From assembly GCA_030141605.1 (NCBI GenBank), contig JAQGDQ010000254.1, forward strand, positions 1 through 64,000: a DNA stretch of 64,000 nt. Reading direction: 5' to 3'. This DNA comes from Tubiluchus corallicola (lineage: Eukaryota; Animalia; Priapulida). Made by a program: the position numbers and the translations under genes. This document shows positions 32,041 to 47,000 of the stretch, in pieces. The notes below the pieces were generated by a model that did no database searches, was not told the origin of the DNA, and worked only from the letters and a program-made list of their open reading frames with translations. Every line of letters begins with the position of its first letter. The stretch's first letter is position 1.

Positions 32041-35000
32041 ATGGATAGTGTCGGTAGTCACGCAAATTCCAAACCTGGTAGAAAACGCAAGGTCGACCTT
32101 GCGTCTAACTCTAAGTCTAATCTAGCGCAAGAGAATGAGGAGGACGACATGTCTTCTGATGTATCTGCCAGGCGTCGGAAAGGTTGTTTTCATATTGAAT
32201 TTACGATGCTTAGTAGTGTTATTCGATAGCTATTTGATAATTAACTATAAATTCGTCTTTATTTCAAATTATGTGTGACTTTTCTGCTAAGATCTATTTC
32301 TGATAAATCATTTCCGTTAGTTTTAATGTATTCCCCTTGTACTAATCTATTAACTATAATTATATTGTAGTGTACATAATAACGAGTAACTATAATAATA
32401 TTGTTATAGTACATCTTTTCATCAAAGTGTAAAATTGTTATTATTTTTTCTTCGCAGCTATGAAAAGGGAAGGTAAACACGCAATACAATAGGTCGAAGT
32501 ATGATTGAAATATGTCTTACATAATCTTCAAACAAATCCAGCAGCTACAACAACACTCATTTTTTAGCCATATTGTCTATTTCGTCACATATTCACATTT
32601 CATTACATATTTTGTTTACTCCATTTTTCTGCACTAATTCTTGTGTTCCATAGTCCTTGGCATTATGCCTAACATAATTTAATTAAACACTATTGCATAT
32701 TTTTGTTTCATTATATTTCATTTGATTTTATCATGCATATTTTGTTTCCTTCACTGATTTATTATTTATGTTTCATTTTTTTCTTTTGGTTTGACTTTTA
32801 GCTTGTTTTATGTTTTAATCAGTTAAATGCTTTATGTATTTTGTTAATCATAATTTCATATTTTCCATTTTATTTTAATGCTTTTTTTGCATACCCTATT
32901 TAGTTATTTTGCTTTCAAGTTTAATCTCTTTCCCTATAAATTTATGTTAACCGTTGATTTTCGTAACCTACTCCATAACTATATTACACCTTTCAATTAG
33001 CAGCGCTAGAAATTTTTTACAATTTACACTAACCTGAGAAGGGTAGCTGACTTGATGACAAATTGGTTTTTCACTACCCTTTCTCCTGCACCCCCTAACT
33101 CTTTCCTTTATTCATAATTTATGCTTTTTGATTAATAACTATAGCAATAATAGTCTACTTGTATTCTGGTGTAAATGAGGAGATAAATATAATGTCTATA
33201 TCTATGATGATTAGTTTTACCTGGTACTAAATGCAGTCTTTTGTTCTTTATACATTTGTGCTTCTATGAAAAAAGTGTTTGTTAAACAAATTATTGCAAG
33301 GTTAAAAAAATTAAAAGTAGTAGTTTAACTTGTTGAAAAAATGTTCCAAAAATGGTGCATTTGGAGTTCATGTAAGCCCCTGACTTAAATAATGAGGACT
33401 GTGGCAATTTTTGTATAAGTTTGTTTGTGAGAGTCACCTAAAATGTAAACTAACCTGTTGTGCTGTTTATGAAATGTTATATTTTTCCATCATTTGTGAA
33501 TTACAAACTATTAAACTCTTGCGTAAATTTGTGCTTGTGACTTTTCTTGTGCTTGGGCGGTCCCGTTTTGAATGACCATTATTCCATCAATGACATCATA
33601 CATCGGCCGAAGAAAAGCAGTGCTCTGTTAACTTCTGTCTAAAGCATAATAAGTTTATACAAAAAATGAAATAACTAATTTTTACAGTATTTTTTTGCAT
33701 GAATATTAGGTAAGCTGCAGAAGTTTGAATTAATTTAAGCAGCGCACATTTGCAGAAAGCCACGGTGCCCTTACAGAAAGTCACAAAATCCACCAGTTGT
33801 GTCATAATGTTCAAGTGAATGGCAGTTACCACTGCACCTGAATATTTCCACACTGCTCTGTTATAATTTAACTTTATGCTTTAGAAACAGTTTTTTACAA
33901 ATTTCTTTGTTGTATTTTAAGTAATAACAGTGAAATAAACCCAACATGCTACATGAGTTGTCCTTTCCTTTAAAGCCAAAAAGGGTTAATGTATTAATGT
34001 TTTAGCGTGAAAATTTGAGAATCATTGTCTTTGTTTCTGTTTCTTAAAGGCTTAGCAACCAAATTAGCTGAAAGAAAAAGAAGATCTGTTGAAAACGAAA
34101 AGAAAAAGAAAAGCAGCCATCATAGTTCCATTACTAGTTCTAATGCACAAAAAAAGACAACTAAAAAAACTGGAAAACGGAAATGTAGGCGTGAACCTGT
34201 TGGTGATACTATAGAAACAGACGGCTTTCTCAATGCATCAGGTGGGAGTATGGATCAAACTGACTTGAGGAGTGGACGTTTTCGAAGAAAAGACGTGCAT
34301 TCTTCAGAAAAGCCTGAAAAGAAAAGTCAAGCAAAAAAAAGAAAAACAAGTTCCATAAAAATTAATCGCCAAGATATTTCTGGTAATTCGACAATGCCAA
34401 GAAGTGATGAAATTACCAGAAATAAAGTCAGAAGCAAACACTTTTCAAAAAAGTTGTCTTCAAAAAAGACAAGTGAACATGTTTCCTTGAGTGCACAGAA
34501 GAAAAAAGCAATTGGAAATTCCTCGGAAGGTGCCATTAAAGCTTATGATAACGTCTCAGTGTCAGATGATATGAAGTCTGCAAAATCATCAAAAAGTCCA
34601 AAGAAAAAAAGCGAAATTGTTAGCGACAGTAGCGAATCAGAGTGGGAGGAAGTTGAAGGTTTGAGCACAACACTTTAGTTTAAATCTCATTGACAAAACT
34701 GGTTAATGGCTAATACACTGTGCATTGCATCACATTAAGTGTTCAGAGTTCTAGTCCCCGTTCACATTCAATTTTTCCTCCATTTCTGATTTTTTAAGTT
34801 TTCATGAAATTAGATCTTTTTCAAGAAGACAGGTTTAACTAAAGTGCATAAGACATGATATGTATATGCCAACATAATGTCAGCTGATGTATCTGGTGTT
34901 TCATTCGTGGTTTTGACATCAGCAACTGATTAACTAAAGCAGTTTTTATGTTTAGTACTGCTGATTAAGTTGAATTTCTATATATGTAATGTTGTGAATT

Positions 35001-38000
35001 ATTTAACCAAATTGGAGTAATCCTAAGAAGATTTTTTTCTAAAGTGCTCAGAAATGTAGGTAGCATGTTTCATTTGGAAGCAAAGACGTCACTTTACTAA
35101 TGTTTTTTTACAAAGATTACTAAACCCTTATTGTTTATAAACAATAAAAACTGAAAACGCTTCATTTCATTAATACTTCTAGGTTCTTCTAGGTTGGCTG
35201 TCAATGTAATTGAAATAATAGCAGTGCCGGATTTAAACTCCGTGAGGATGTAAGCTTTATAAAGCCCTGAGGCCATCTTTTTTTAAAATTGCACCAGCTG
35301 GTCCCAGAAAACTTGAAAATGTGTACGCCTTTTAATTATTCAATAATGAAGTAAATAATATTTATTATTTTATGACCAAAATATTACTGAATTTTTACTT
35401 ACTTATAAATATGTGTATAAAACCCAAATTGGAATCTTCTTTGATGCCGCTCGCAAAATGTGAAGCCCTAAGCTGTCGCTTATTTACCTTATACCTAAAT
35501 ACGACACTGAATAATAACTTGCATGTAAATATAAGCAGTTGCTTTTGTTTTAGAACTTGAACATGTTGCATTGACACAAGCAGCGAAAGCAGTCACGCCT
35601 CAAAAGGCAGAACCACTTCAGATTACTATGGATGCAGATGCAGATAAAAAGTATGTACTGACGAGTAGCTAATAGATTCAGATTCAAATACAATTACATA
35701 TTTAAAGATCCAAAGGCTAAATTAAGAGAAAAACATTGTGTAATCATTTGTTCTGAGTCAACGCATGATATTGTGCTTTGTGTACAAAATTAAAGATGTT
35801 ACCAAGGCTGGTCAGTTAGTAGTAGGTGAACCGCTTTGATACGTGCTCTTGGTAGTTTCAATGGCCGTGCTCATTCTGGCTATTTACCTTGTAGACAGAA
35901 GGTGTAATTACATCCGAACAAGCCAAAGATACCTCTGCTAATTCGGAGGCATCTTCGAGGCATCACCTTGATACTGAGTCTTGTTCTGGTCTGCCCATGA
36001 ACATTCTAAGTAAGTAGGCTCTGAAGTGAATGCTGTATTCTGGCTTGCAGTGTGCCAAACTATATATAAAAATGGCTAAGCATTTTTTGCATGTTTTCTC
36101 TTAATTAGATTCTTTTCTTTTAAAAATTAAATGTATTTAACAGGTGATCCAGCAGATGTCATTCACACTTCATCTGCTAAAAGCTAGACCAACCAGCGAA
36201 TGGTCTTTATCCAGAATATTTGATTATGATGTCGGAATACTTGATCAAAATTTCAAAGTGTTTTAATTAACATGTTTTGCATTTAACAAGGTTTTGCATT
36301 TAACATGTTTTGCTATAACAAGGTTTTATATTTAATTTATATATCTTATATTTAAAAATAAATTTTGTTAAACTGTGTATATGTATAGTTTACTATTTAA
36401 TATCCTGTTACTTTTTTATTGTTTTTAAAGCAGCCCTTCAGTCTTTTGTTTTTTATTATTAACCTGTGTATAGCTTTATAGCATGCCTGAATATCTAAAA
36501 CTGTGCCTCAGAAATGATCCACTGAACCAAAAGAGGTATCTTAGCCTTGTGAGGATGTAACTGCATCCTGCCTGTACAAGATAAGGAGCCAGAAGCAGTA
36601 CAGCTGGTGTCAGATGTGTGGCTAAGGTTGTCATCATCTGATCATTTTAACCTTAACTGGCAAATGCTCCAGTTTATGAGCTTCTCTATTAATGTAAATT
36701 AATATTTTTTGCAGAACAAAAAAGAAGTACACAATGGAGTCGTTTTTCAAAACTTTATGGAACAGGTTGGCAAAAGACATCAGGACAAACATTCATCAGG
36801 TTAAAAGGCAATCACTAGACATCTTTACTAATTCTTGTCTCACCAAGGATATTCGGCTCTAAAAGAGAGGGATTAAGGAACCATTTTTACATATGATGAG
36901 AAATGTTAATTGACAATTCTTAAACTCTAGACTCATTCATTTTTCTCCAAACAACTTAGTGATCAGAAAATGGTTGCTTTGGATAATCTAGAATACTTTA
37001 ATGCTCCATGCAGCTTCTTTTGCTGTTTATCCTTGCTTATCTGTAAAAACCTTGTTTCTCTGTCTGTCTAGCTCTAGTAATTAAATGGCCAGACAGAATA
37101 TCCAATGATGATCTATATGAAGTGGTGAAGAAGAATCCATGTAAAAAGATTGCAGTGGATTGGGCATGCACTAAGACCACCTTAAGAGTGTCATCTTCCT
37201 ATAGCATTATGTAAAACTCTTAAAATGACAAAAAAAGCCGAAAGAGGTCAACAACTGCCATATATATATAAAAGCAAAAAGATTTAGTAAATACAATTTT
37301 AGATTTGAGAGATGACCCATCATGACCGGTGGCAGTGGACAGGAATGCAGGGCATCAGCAGGAGGGGCATGCCATGTTTTAGAATGTTGAAACCCCTGTA
37401 TGACGATGATGACGATGATAAAGTATTAAACTCTCAAAGAACTAAGCTAACGTGCTGTGCTGGGACATAATGTTATTAGTAGTGCTCAAAGAAATCACAT
37501 CATGCTCTTAATTTTATATATAATTCAAAGTTTTATATTTTCTGGGATGGATACTAATACTAATGAAACCAAGCTTTACTAGATGCTCATATTTATAATA
37601 AATACAATAAGGTCAAATAATGTTTTGTGGTGTTAACTGTCTTAAATTATTATTCTGGATATGTGAGAATAATAATTAAAACTTGCTACTAAATTGGTCA
37701 GCAGAAAGATTGTCGCATAAGAACAAATTCATCAAGCTAGAATAGAAATTGAAACTGTTGGTTTGCTGTACATTTTTCTGAGTGATAGCGATTATTCAAA
37801 TTTAATACCGCTAACAATAAAGTGAAGAAAAAATCAAAAGAAACAAGTTTTACAGTGAGTTTATGATAAAATAAATTGAATATTCGTAATGAGAGTAGGA
37901 TTTTAAGTTGTAAAAGCTTCTATTATAGTGAGGGTTTAGTTTGACTTTGAATTTTAGAGTACTGCAGATAAGAGACATTTGTTCATTTTTAACAGTCATT

Positions 38001-41000
38001 AATGATGAAATTTATTTTGTTATTACAGGTACATTTACTTTGTCTTGTTGCTCATGCCATTCACTGTAATACTGTGTGTAACAGCTCGGAATTACAAGCT
38101 TTAGCTTTGTCTCTTGTGCCACCTAGTTATAGTACTCAACCGATGGAGCAAAAACTCATTTCAAAATTCATCAACTGGTTCAAACTTTTCATTACGCTGG
38201 AAAGGGATGAATATGAGATGCCAGATGCTGCAGAGCAAGGCACTTTAGTAAGTCACTTTCTCGTCAAAAAACTTTTTTCTGATTTTGCTTTTATTAAAAC
38301 TTCGTGCAGTATTTTCAAAATTTATCTGCATAACTAAGATTGCCATAGAATTTAATAAATTATACTACTGTTTTTACTATCTATATTAGCAATCTCTATG
38401 GTGTAGATTATCTCTTATGTATTACAACAAAATCTTCAACTTAAAATTTGTAATTTTTGTGTACTATGAAACTGTAGTTACAATGTTTTGATTTTGCTGC
38501 CACAAATCAGAAAGCACAAGTATGAATAGTGCCATGTGAGTGTTTGTAGTAGGTAATGTGTGAGACCATCTTTATCCTTCTGTTTTCTAGGAACAGCAGT
38601 TAATAAAAGGACTTCACAAAAGAAAGGTCCAGCAGCTAAAAAACTACATAATGGTACTGTCATTTTTAATACACTATATTTAAATAGACTGTGCTTTGTA
38701 TTTTTTTATGATTGCTGCAGGGAGGCAAGTTCAGTAGACTAGATTTCATGAAACTATTAAAGAAAGCGAATTAAGAAATTTTTAAGGAGTTTGCCTGATG
38801 AGCCGCGGTCCTATATTACCGAGATCTAGTTGCTGAGATTTTAAAATGGCTCAACTAAACTTGAATTATGTAGCTAATAAAAACATAATTTTGAGTTTAT
38901 TAAGGTTATTTAGTCTCTGCACTTTTGCTCTGATATTGCGATGCCGTGGAATTACTAATATATTGTCATAGTGGTTGCTTTTGTTGTCATTTGACAGCGG
39001 TCAATAATTATTTTACTAAAATTCGACAACTTGAAATGTAATATATTTGCTTCTTGCAGACATTAAAACACCTTGCAGCTAAAATAGAAAGTTAAAGTTC
39101 ACCACCAAAAAATCTACCTCAGGGAATAAACAGTGGCTTAGCAGTGAAACAAGTAGTAGGCTTTTTTTCTGTTTAATTATTTACTTAATTAATTAATTAA
39201 CCTGGCAGGCAGAAATTCAAGAATTAACTACAGAATGGCACATATTATCTGTTCAATGTACAAAGCTTCAGAACACTGACACCTTTTAACGGCTTTGAGT
39301 ATGTATCGTGCAGCATTTCGAATTATAAGAGAGCGAAATCCAGTTTAAGTAAAATTGTGCAAAATGGGAAATTGGTGTTTAAAAAAGATAGCACTTATGA
39401 AAAGCCATGAACTTTCCAAATAGTATGTGCTGTTTGATTTTCTTTTCATTTGAATGAGAAGTTTCTATTTACCATAATCCACAAGTCATTAGTCACTCAT
39501 TTTTTGTGCTATTTTGTATTTGATAGGATTGGATTAGTTCTTGAACTTCTCATCAAGATAAAAATATTCCTTGGAAAAATTGTTAATCTCTCTTAATTTG
39601 CCGTTCTGTTATTTTTCAGTTAGTTGCTGTTTGCTTGCGCAGTTTATCAGTTTTGACCAGACTTATGTTCAATTTGCAGCCAAGTCCTCTGAAACCACCT
39701 ACACAAGTAAGTTGGGATTTTTTTTTTGGTTTAAATTATTTGACAGTACAACCTTAAACCCCTGTGAAGTTGAGAGAAAGGGTTAGACGCCCGTTAACTA
39801 ATGCAAGTTGCTAACGTTGCAGCAAGAATATGTAAATAGGCCTATGCACATTGCTTGTTAACTTTTATGAAGTTTCCAAATCGCGAATTCTCGTTCGAAT
39901 TAACAAAAATCGAAAAAATTAGGAGTAATTAGGAGTACAATTCTGAATATTAAGAAGCAAATGTAGTTACCTAGCAATGCCTTCCAAGATTATAGTTGGC
40001 ATTGTAGTTGAATGGTGAATTATTCGTATCCATAATTTTAGGTTCAAATTAAATTCTAATTAAAAACACTTGTTCGAATCGAATTCGAACGTTCAATCCT
40101 CACCCCTGTTCCAAACACGTTGTTTTCAGCCCTAATGCTTTTCGTAATTTTTCTTTCACTCATTCTTAACCTCAACATTTCTTTCTGGGACTTTTCATGT
40201 TTTTATACATTTTGGAATCCAGCACTGGCACCTCGCTCTCAAATCAGATATTTGTGGGGAAACCAAAAGCTGTTTCATTATCAAGGCCATGCCGCTATGA
40301 TGAGGCACTGAATCAGTAAAGGTGTCTTAGCCATGTTAGTCCAGCCTTCCTCTACAAAGTGAACAGCCAGAATCAGCTTGGTAAATGAAACCCCTCAGAA
40401 TAAAAATTGACACGGTTTGTCCATCTTTTAATTACTTTGCATCGACACTGTTCTTAACTTTGGCCACCATTCAGGATGCTATAACCACTCGGCAAACATC
40501 TTGTTTGATAAATCTTGCTAAGTCTTGAATCATGAGTTTTTTTTATTAAACGTCCACACATTTTGACCATTCTGTTCGCATTATGCTGGTCTCACATTCT
40601 AGATAAGGTTAATTTATATTCTATGTATCATATTTAGCTAGCCATTTTCTTTGTTAAACGTGCTGCTTAGCAAATTTCCTTTATATTTTTATGATACTTT
40701 TAAAATTACACTCCATTTTAATCATGCTGAGACTAAAAATTATTTTTTCACCTGTTGAATTTCCTTCACCTCACTAAAGGTGCATTTAAATTCCAAACAT
40801 TTCTTTGGAGGCCCACTTCTTTTTTCGTTAATTTTGTTTAATTTTTTTTCTTTTTCAGACAAACAAGAGTCAAAACAAACATTGTAAAGGTATGGGTAAA
40901 GGAAAATCATCGAAAAATAGTTCTCAAGAAAGTGCTGCTTCAAAAGCGACTATTAAAACTATCGCTAAATCTAAAGTCGAAAAATCAGGTGGTAAATCAG

Positions 41001-44000
41001 AAGTTGCAGAGGCAGCAAGGCAGTCGAAAAGATCGCAGAATGTTGATTATCGGGAATCAGAAACAGATAGCGAATACAGTCCGAATATCGATGACGATGA
41101 AAGTGATGATGAATGTAGTAGAAATCAGTTAAAACGAAAATCGCAACATTTCCAGAAAAAAATGAAATTAACAAAACTCACTACAAAGAGGTACATTATT
41201 AGCTTGTTAATAAACTAATAATAAACTAACAGCTTGTTATAGGCATAATTAAGTGCATTTATTTTGGCTCACTTTTTTGCAGTTTGTAATTTATCTTGAA
41301 ATGACTATGCACCGCTGATGCAACTGCAAATACCTTCATTAATAAAGAAGTTATGCTGGTGTACCTGTACCACTTTGTAGCCAAATCCTAAGGATTTTCT
41401 TTATTGATTGTGAACTGACCTAACAAAAATATTTATGATTATATGTGCATTAATAGCACGATGTAACTGCTGTTATTGTGGCTACTGGAATCTAAAATAT
41501 TAGTTTTTTTTTCAAAAAGAGCCACAACTGTATGAAGAATGGGTTACTCTCGTTTCCCAGAAAAGCTTTTTCCCAAGAAATTTTTTCCCTGACGAAAAAG
41601 CTTCACAGTAAACTTTTTTTACCAGAAAAATGTTCATCCCAGAAAATATTTTTTCCAGAATAGCCAGTTCCCAGAACCATCATTTCCCAGGAAATAAAGT
41701 TCACAGAAAATGTTATATATTCTTTTTAAAGTACAGTTAAATGATGCAAAATAAAAACTAGCTATTTTTTACTACGTGTATTGATTAATACTGATTATAT
41801 GATAAAACATTTAACTCGTTAAGGCAAGAAAGTAGATTTGTCACGTCAGAATGATTATATAGCGAATTTTGTTGATCTTTGCACATACGCAATTGTGTGT
41901 AATCTTAAGGTGTGATTGGCTACCGAAGTGACACAACGTTGAACATGGCAACTGATTAGTTGGGTGGCTGATTAGGAATCTCACTTGAGACAGTTCCTTT
42001 CACTGCCATATGGAAATATTTTGTTAATTTAGGGAATATGTACACTCATCTGATTGTGTCTGTGACACCTTTGCCTGTTCAATATTTCATCTCAGATGAT
42101 TATTTTGAAAATGAACTAGGATGCAGTCCTGCCATAAAAGAACCTGAAAAAATCTTGTGAAGGAGCACAATTTATTTGTGCAAATTTATACTGCAACATA
42201 AGGTTTGGTATTTTCATTTCCTAGATTATTAAAGTTTATTAAACTTTATCTCAAATCCTTTGAAAATCAATTAAATTTGAGGTGATTATATGGCAAATGA
42301 TACAATGTAAATTGATTCTAATTTAATGCTGAAATGAATTGCAATGCGCTGGAAAAAAGTGTACTAAAAATACGGCACATTTTGACTATCTGCCATACTC
42401 AATACACTGCATCATTTTCAATTATTCAGATAGTTCTTAGATAAAGCAATATAAATAATTAGAAGCAAAAAGAGAGAAGGAGAGGGTTATTGAGAAAAAG
42501 AGGGTGGAGAACAGGAATAAACTGAGAGAGAGAACAAGACAGGAGGGAGAGGAGACAGGAAGAGAGAGTAGGAGGGAATCAAGTATAGAGGGAAAAGGTA
42601 AATAGAAAAAAGAAACCAAAGACTTTATCCTACTAAAGTAGCAGATCTTGCAACTAAAAATGCAACCGCGATTTTTCTCTTAAATATATTTTTGGAAAAT
42701 ATTTTTCTGTGAAGCGAGTTTTCTAGGAAAAGTTTTTACTGGGAAGTTGTTTTTTCTTGAAAATATTTTTTCTGTGAAAAAATTTTTTTGGAAAACATTT
42801 TTTGTGGGAAACAGACATAAACCTTGAAGAATTTAAGTCATGATTTTTCATGTGTTTATTCCTTTATATCAGCAATGTTTTTATTACAGTGAAGGTGTCA
42901 GCAATGATACTAAAGCCTCAACGAGTAAACCTGATGGAAATCTGTCTCTGGGATATCAGTGCACAGAACTAAGAGATCTCTGGCTAGAGATCTATGTTAA
43001 AGCTACAAACAGATGGATACGTAAGTCACCTGTTTTGCACTAGATTAAGATGTTAATGCTTTGTTCATAACAGGCAAAAACAGATAACAGCATGTATGCT
43101 CGTTTGTTTCTTTTTTTGGTTTGTATATCAAAATTAAGAATGCTGTGAAAAATAACTGGCCTGACATTGCCTTCATATCCCAGTCAGTGAACTAATCATC
43201 CCAGTGTGTGTTATGCTGCTTAAGAGTTGTTGCTCTAAATCTGTTTAATGAATCCACTTCATGCAAAGCTAGATGGATTTATTAAGTGAATTCTACTGTA
43301 CCTGCTTAACATTTCAAACTAGCACAACAGCGATAGAAAAGATGGTATTTTGGCAGAATTAAATTTCATTTTGGAATTTCATAATCTAATTTACCAGTCT
43401 AACAGTAAGTAATAAAAAATTAATGGAAAAATTCCCTCTGAACGTGCATTAAAAAAATAATGGATGTAAATAATCCAATAAATTTTTTGAGTGCACGTTC
43501 AGAGGGAACTTTTCCATTAATTTTTTATTACTTGCTGTTAGACTGGAAAATTAGATTGGAAATTTCAAAACGAAATTTAATTCTGCCAAAATACCATCTT
43601 TTCTACCGCTGTTGTGTTAGTTTGAAATGTGTTGACATGCACTAGCTCTTGCGTTGTACGCAAAAGCGACATCTTCATTTCTTCCTTCGCGGAGTCATTA
43701 TATCCAACTTACTTATGGTATTTGGTGTGGTCGCTTGTGTGTGTAGAAACTTTATGATTGCAAAAGAAATTTGTCTTAAATGCTTATTAAAGTAATTTAG
43801 AAAAATTAGCAACATTTTCGGTAGTGGCACATAATTTTAATGTGGTTGTTTTTGTATTTTTACATGTTTTCCCTGTGGTAGTTAGTGATTAGTGTTTCAA
43901 AATCAAGCTTTTCCGATGTGTAAAATTGCCACTGCGCCAATTTTGCTGTATTTTTTATAAATAATAGTATCCATTAGCTGGTTGTTTTCTAATGTCTGCC

Positions 44001-47000
44001 ATTTTGCCTTAATTTTTTTATGAAACCATTTGCATTTCTTATCACTAATCAATTTCTAACATGTCTTTTTCTGCAATTTAATCTTATTGTTTATAGCTGT
44101 AGACTGCATAACTGGTTTGGTGAATGATGCCAAATCCATTGAGGAAACAGCTACCAAGCCTGTTCATTATGTACTAGGCATAGACAATAATGGGTGCATT
44201 AGGGATGTCACTTCACGCTATGCATCTGATTGGCTGACTCAGACTCACAAATTGAGAACTGAAGAACAATGGTGGGAAGCAACTTTGGCACCTTATAAGT
44301 CGGATGACCTATTTAGAGAAAAAGAAGAAGAACTGCAATTAAGAGGTATCATTATTAATTAGCATCATAAAATGAGTATGTATATACACCCAAATGTGGC
44401 CAAGACATATTTGTCGGTTCACTCGTTGATCTTAGAGAGATATTCTTAATAATGTGTTTAATTGAATTTAATTGTTGCATTTTTGCAGATAAAAATCAAA
44501 GTTTTTGTTATCCTTTAATTCTAACTAAACAGATGCCTAATTACATTATTTTCAGCGTTTTAGATTTTATAACATTAAATCAGTGAAGTTCATTTATTGT
44601 CTTCTAGCGAATCAAAGTGTCGGGGAGGGTAAACTGTCTGAACATTTACATTTCATCTCCAAGGTTACTAACTTACGGCAAACTAATCCTCTCAAACTAC
44701 GCGTATCATTTTTAATATGCTTTTATATTATAATATTTATATATTTTAATTTTTTATATGCATAAGCATATTAAGAAAAGTAACATTATGTATACAGGGA
44801 GAAACATACTGAGCTAGGATTGACTTTGACTTTCACCTTGAAAGTCAATTGTGATTTATATTAGGTCATTCTGTATTCTCACTGAACTAGGTGCCTTTTG
44901 GCGGTAGGTCTTTTTGAGTGACATTAATTTAAAATCAATAATATTTATAGTGTAGCTGGAATTTACTTTGAAGTTTACAAAAAAGGCTGAAGTACCCTAG
45001 AAGAGTAGTTCAAGTGAGAGAAGCCAATTTCTAAGCAAGTAAAGAAACTCTTACGAATTGTTTTGTAAAGTGTAATTTTCTGGTGTAACGTGTACGTTAT
45101 CAAATTTATACATTTGCTAATATTTTGACCAATTTCCAGTCTTCAGCAAAGAAAGATCACTGAGCAACATTATTTTATTTGTTTGGAATAAATCAAAGGC
45201 AAAGTTCACATTCAAAATATAGTTAGAACAACAATAAATAACAGTTAATAACATACACACACATAAGTTTCTGAAACTACATTTTGGGCTGAGTAACATG
45301 AAACCTATTTGGTATCCCTGTAATATGTCTGCTCTTTCTTTCATTACACAAATTTTTAGCTACAACTTGTGTGATTTTAGAACATCATCTGAAGACGTAG
45401 CATTTTATTGATAGCTTAGGGAGGCCACGCATTTGTCTCACATAAAGCACGACTTAACACAAATGGTCATCCAATTGGCAATTTGTCAAACTTTGTCACT
45501 GCTGTCACAAGTACATTTCAGTGTGTGGACACATTTGCATTTGTTTCTGTCTTTTGATCTAGTAATTTCTGTTTTAACGTAGCTAATTCCTGTTAAATTG
45601 TAGATCAACTTATGGAAAAACCGATGCCTACCAGCATTCAAGCATTTAAAAATAACCAGTTATATGCACTAAAGCGCCACTTACTTAAATTTGAAGACAT
45701 ATACCCCCGCACGGCACAAGTTCTGGGTACAATCAGAGGTGAAGCTATTTATGCCAGAGAATGTGTACACACTGTAAGTACATTTTTCTTATGTCTAGTT
45801 TTCTTTAAGTTTGCTTTTTACCTCTTTCAAGTTTTCATATTCAAACTTTTATTTACAAATTCATTTTGATGCATTAATTTCATTAATTTTTTTGATAACA
45901 CCAAAGAATGCTTATGATGTTATATATTTGATTGTTCAATATTTGAATGATTTATTTATTGATAAAGGTAGCAGATAGTAGCCTTGTGTTGCAGTCTGAT
46001 TCTGTGATGTATTTCTTGAGTGACTTTCGTCTTATGTAGATGCACTCTTATTGGCTGATATTTATTAGAAACCACTGTGGTTGGTCAGTGATGTATTACC
46101 TTGCTGTAATTCGTCTGTATCACTGTGACCATGTTATAGCAATAAATCAGTAAGTGTTCTCGAAGAAACAAAAAATTTCGTACGTATTTGTTCATATCAA
46201 GCATAATATTGTAATGAAATGGGATGGTGCAGATTCACTTGGTCAATGAGATTATGCAGAAAATCGTCAGGTAAGTGTACAGAAACAGAAAAATTTAATT
46301 ATTAACATCTTCTTGCATCCTGCATACCAGTGGAACAGGTGCTGCGATGGAAAAAAGCACCTGCAAGACCACAAAACCGTTTGATCCCAGTATATTTATA
46401 GACCTCAGTATGCAGTGGCTTCATATTACAGTGCAGGGGTTAGAGTGAAAACAAATGGCATTTTGCCCTCATTACAATATTATCTTAAAGTAGATGAAGG
46501 TGATTAGGTCCTGATAATTAGTAATTATATTAGCATTCATAATGTAAGGAGTGAGAACGTTAGAATGTGAGAATAGTGGTAAAGTTTATTCTGTAATTTA
46601 CTTTTCTGTAGTGGCTCATGGCTGTGAGTGCCAGGCATACTTTAAATTTGCAAGTCTCCTTAATAGAAACATCTACCACAAAGCCCAAAAGAAGCTTTAG
46701 CCATCCATCAAGGTTACTTGCAAGACTTTTTGTCAATATTTGAAAGAGATTTTCCATTAATATTGAGCACTCTGTGGTGAGGAATCAATGATAACACTGA
46801 AATTGTCAAATTAACAAAAGCAGGGAGAAATTTGCAGAACTAACATAAACGACAGTTTCTTAATTTGCCTGTTAGTTGAAAACTGTATGTATGTCCAGTC
46901 CTAGCACACTAACTATTTTAAGAGATTTGGTACCTAACCTTAACAACATGATTAAATTCTTTGCTCTGTTACTAATGTTATTTTTGTTCTTCACCTTTTT

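Noticed and set aside
42437-42619. Hydrophobic Ser/Leu/Phe ORF
   Set aside because: Reverse translation of a GA-rich low-complexity tract inside a transposon-like element.
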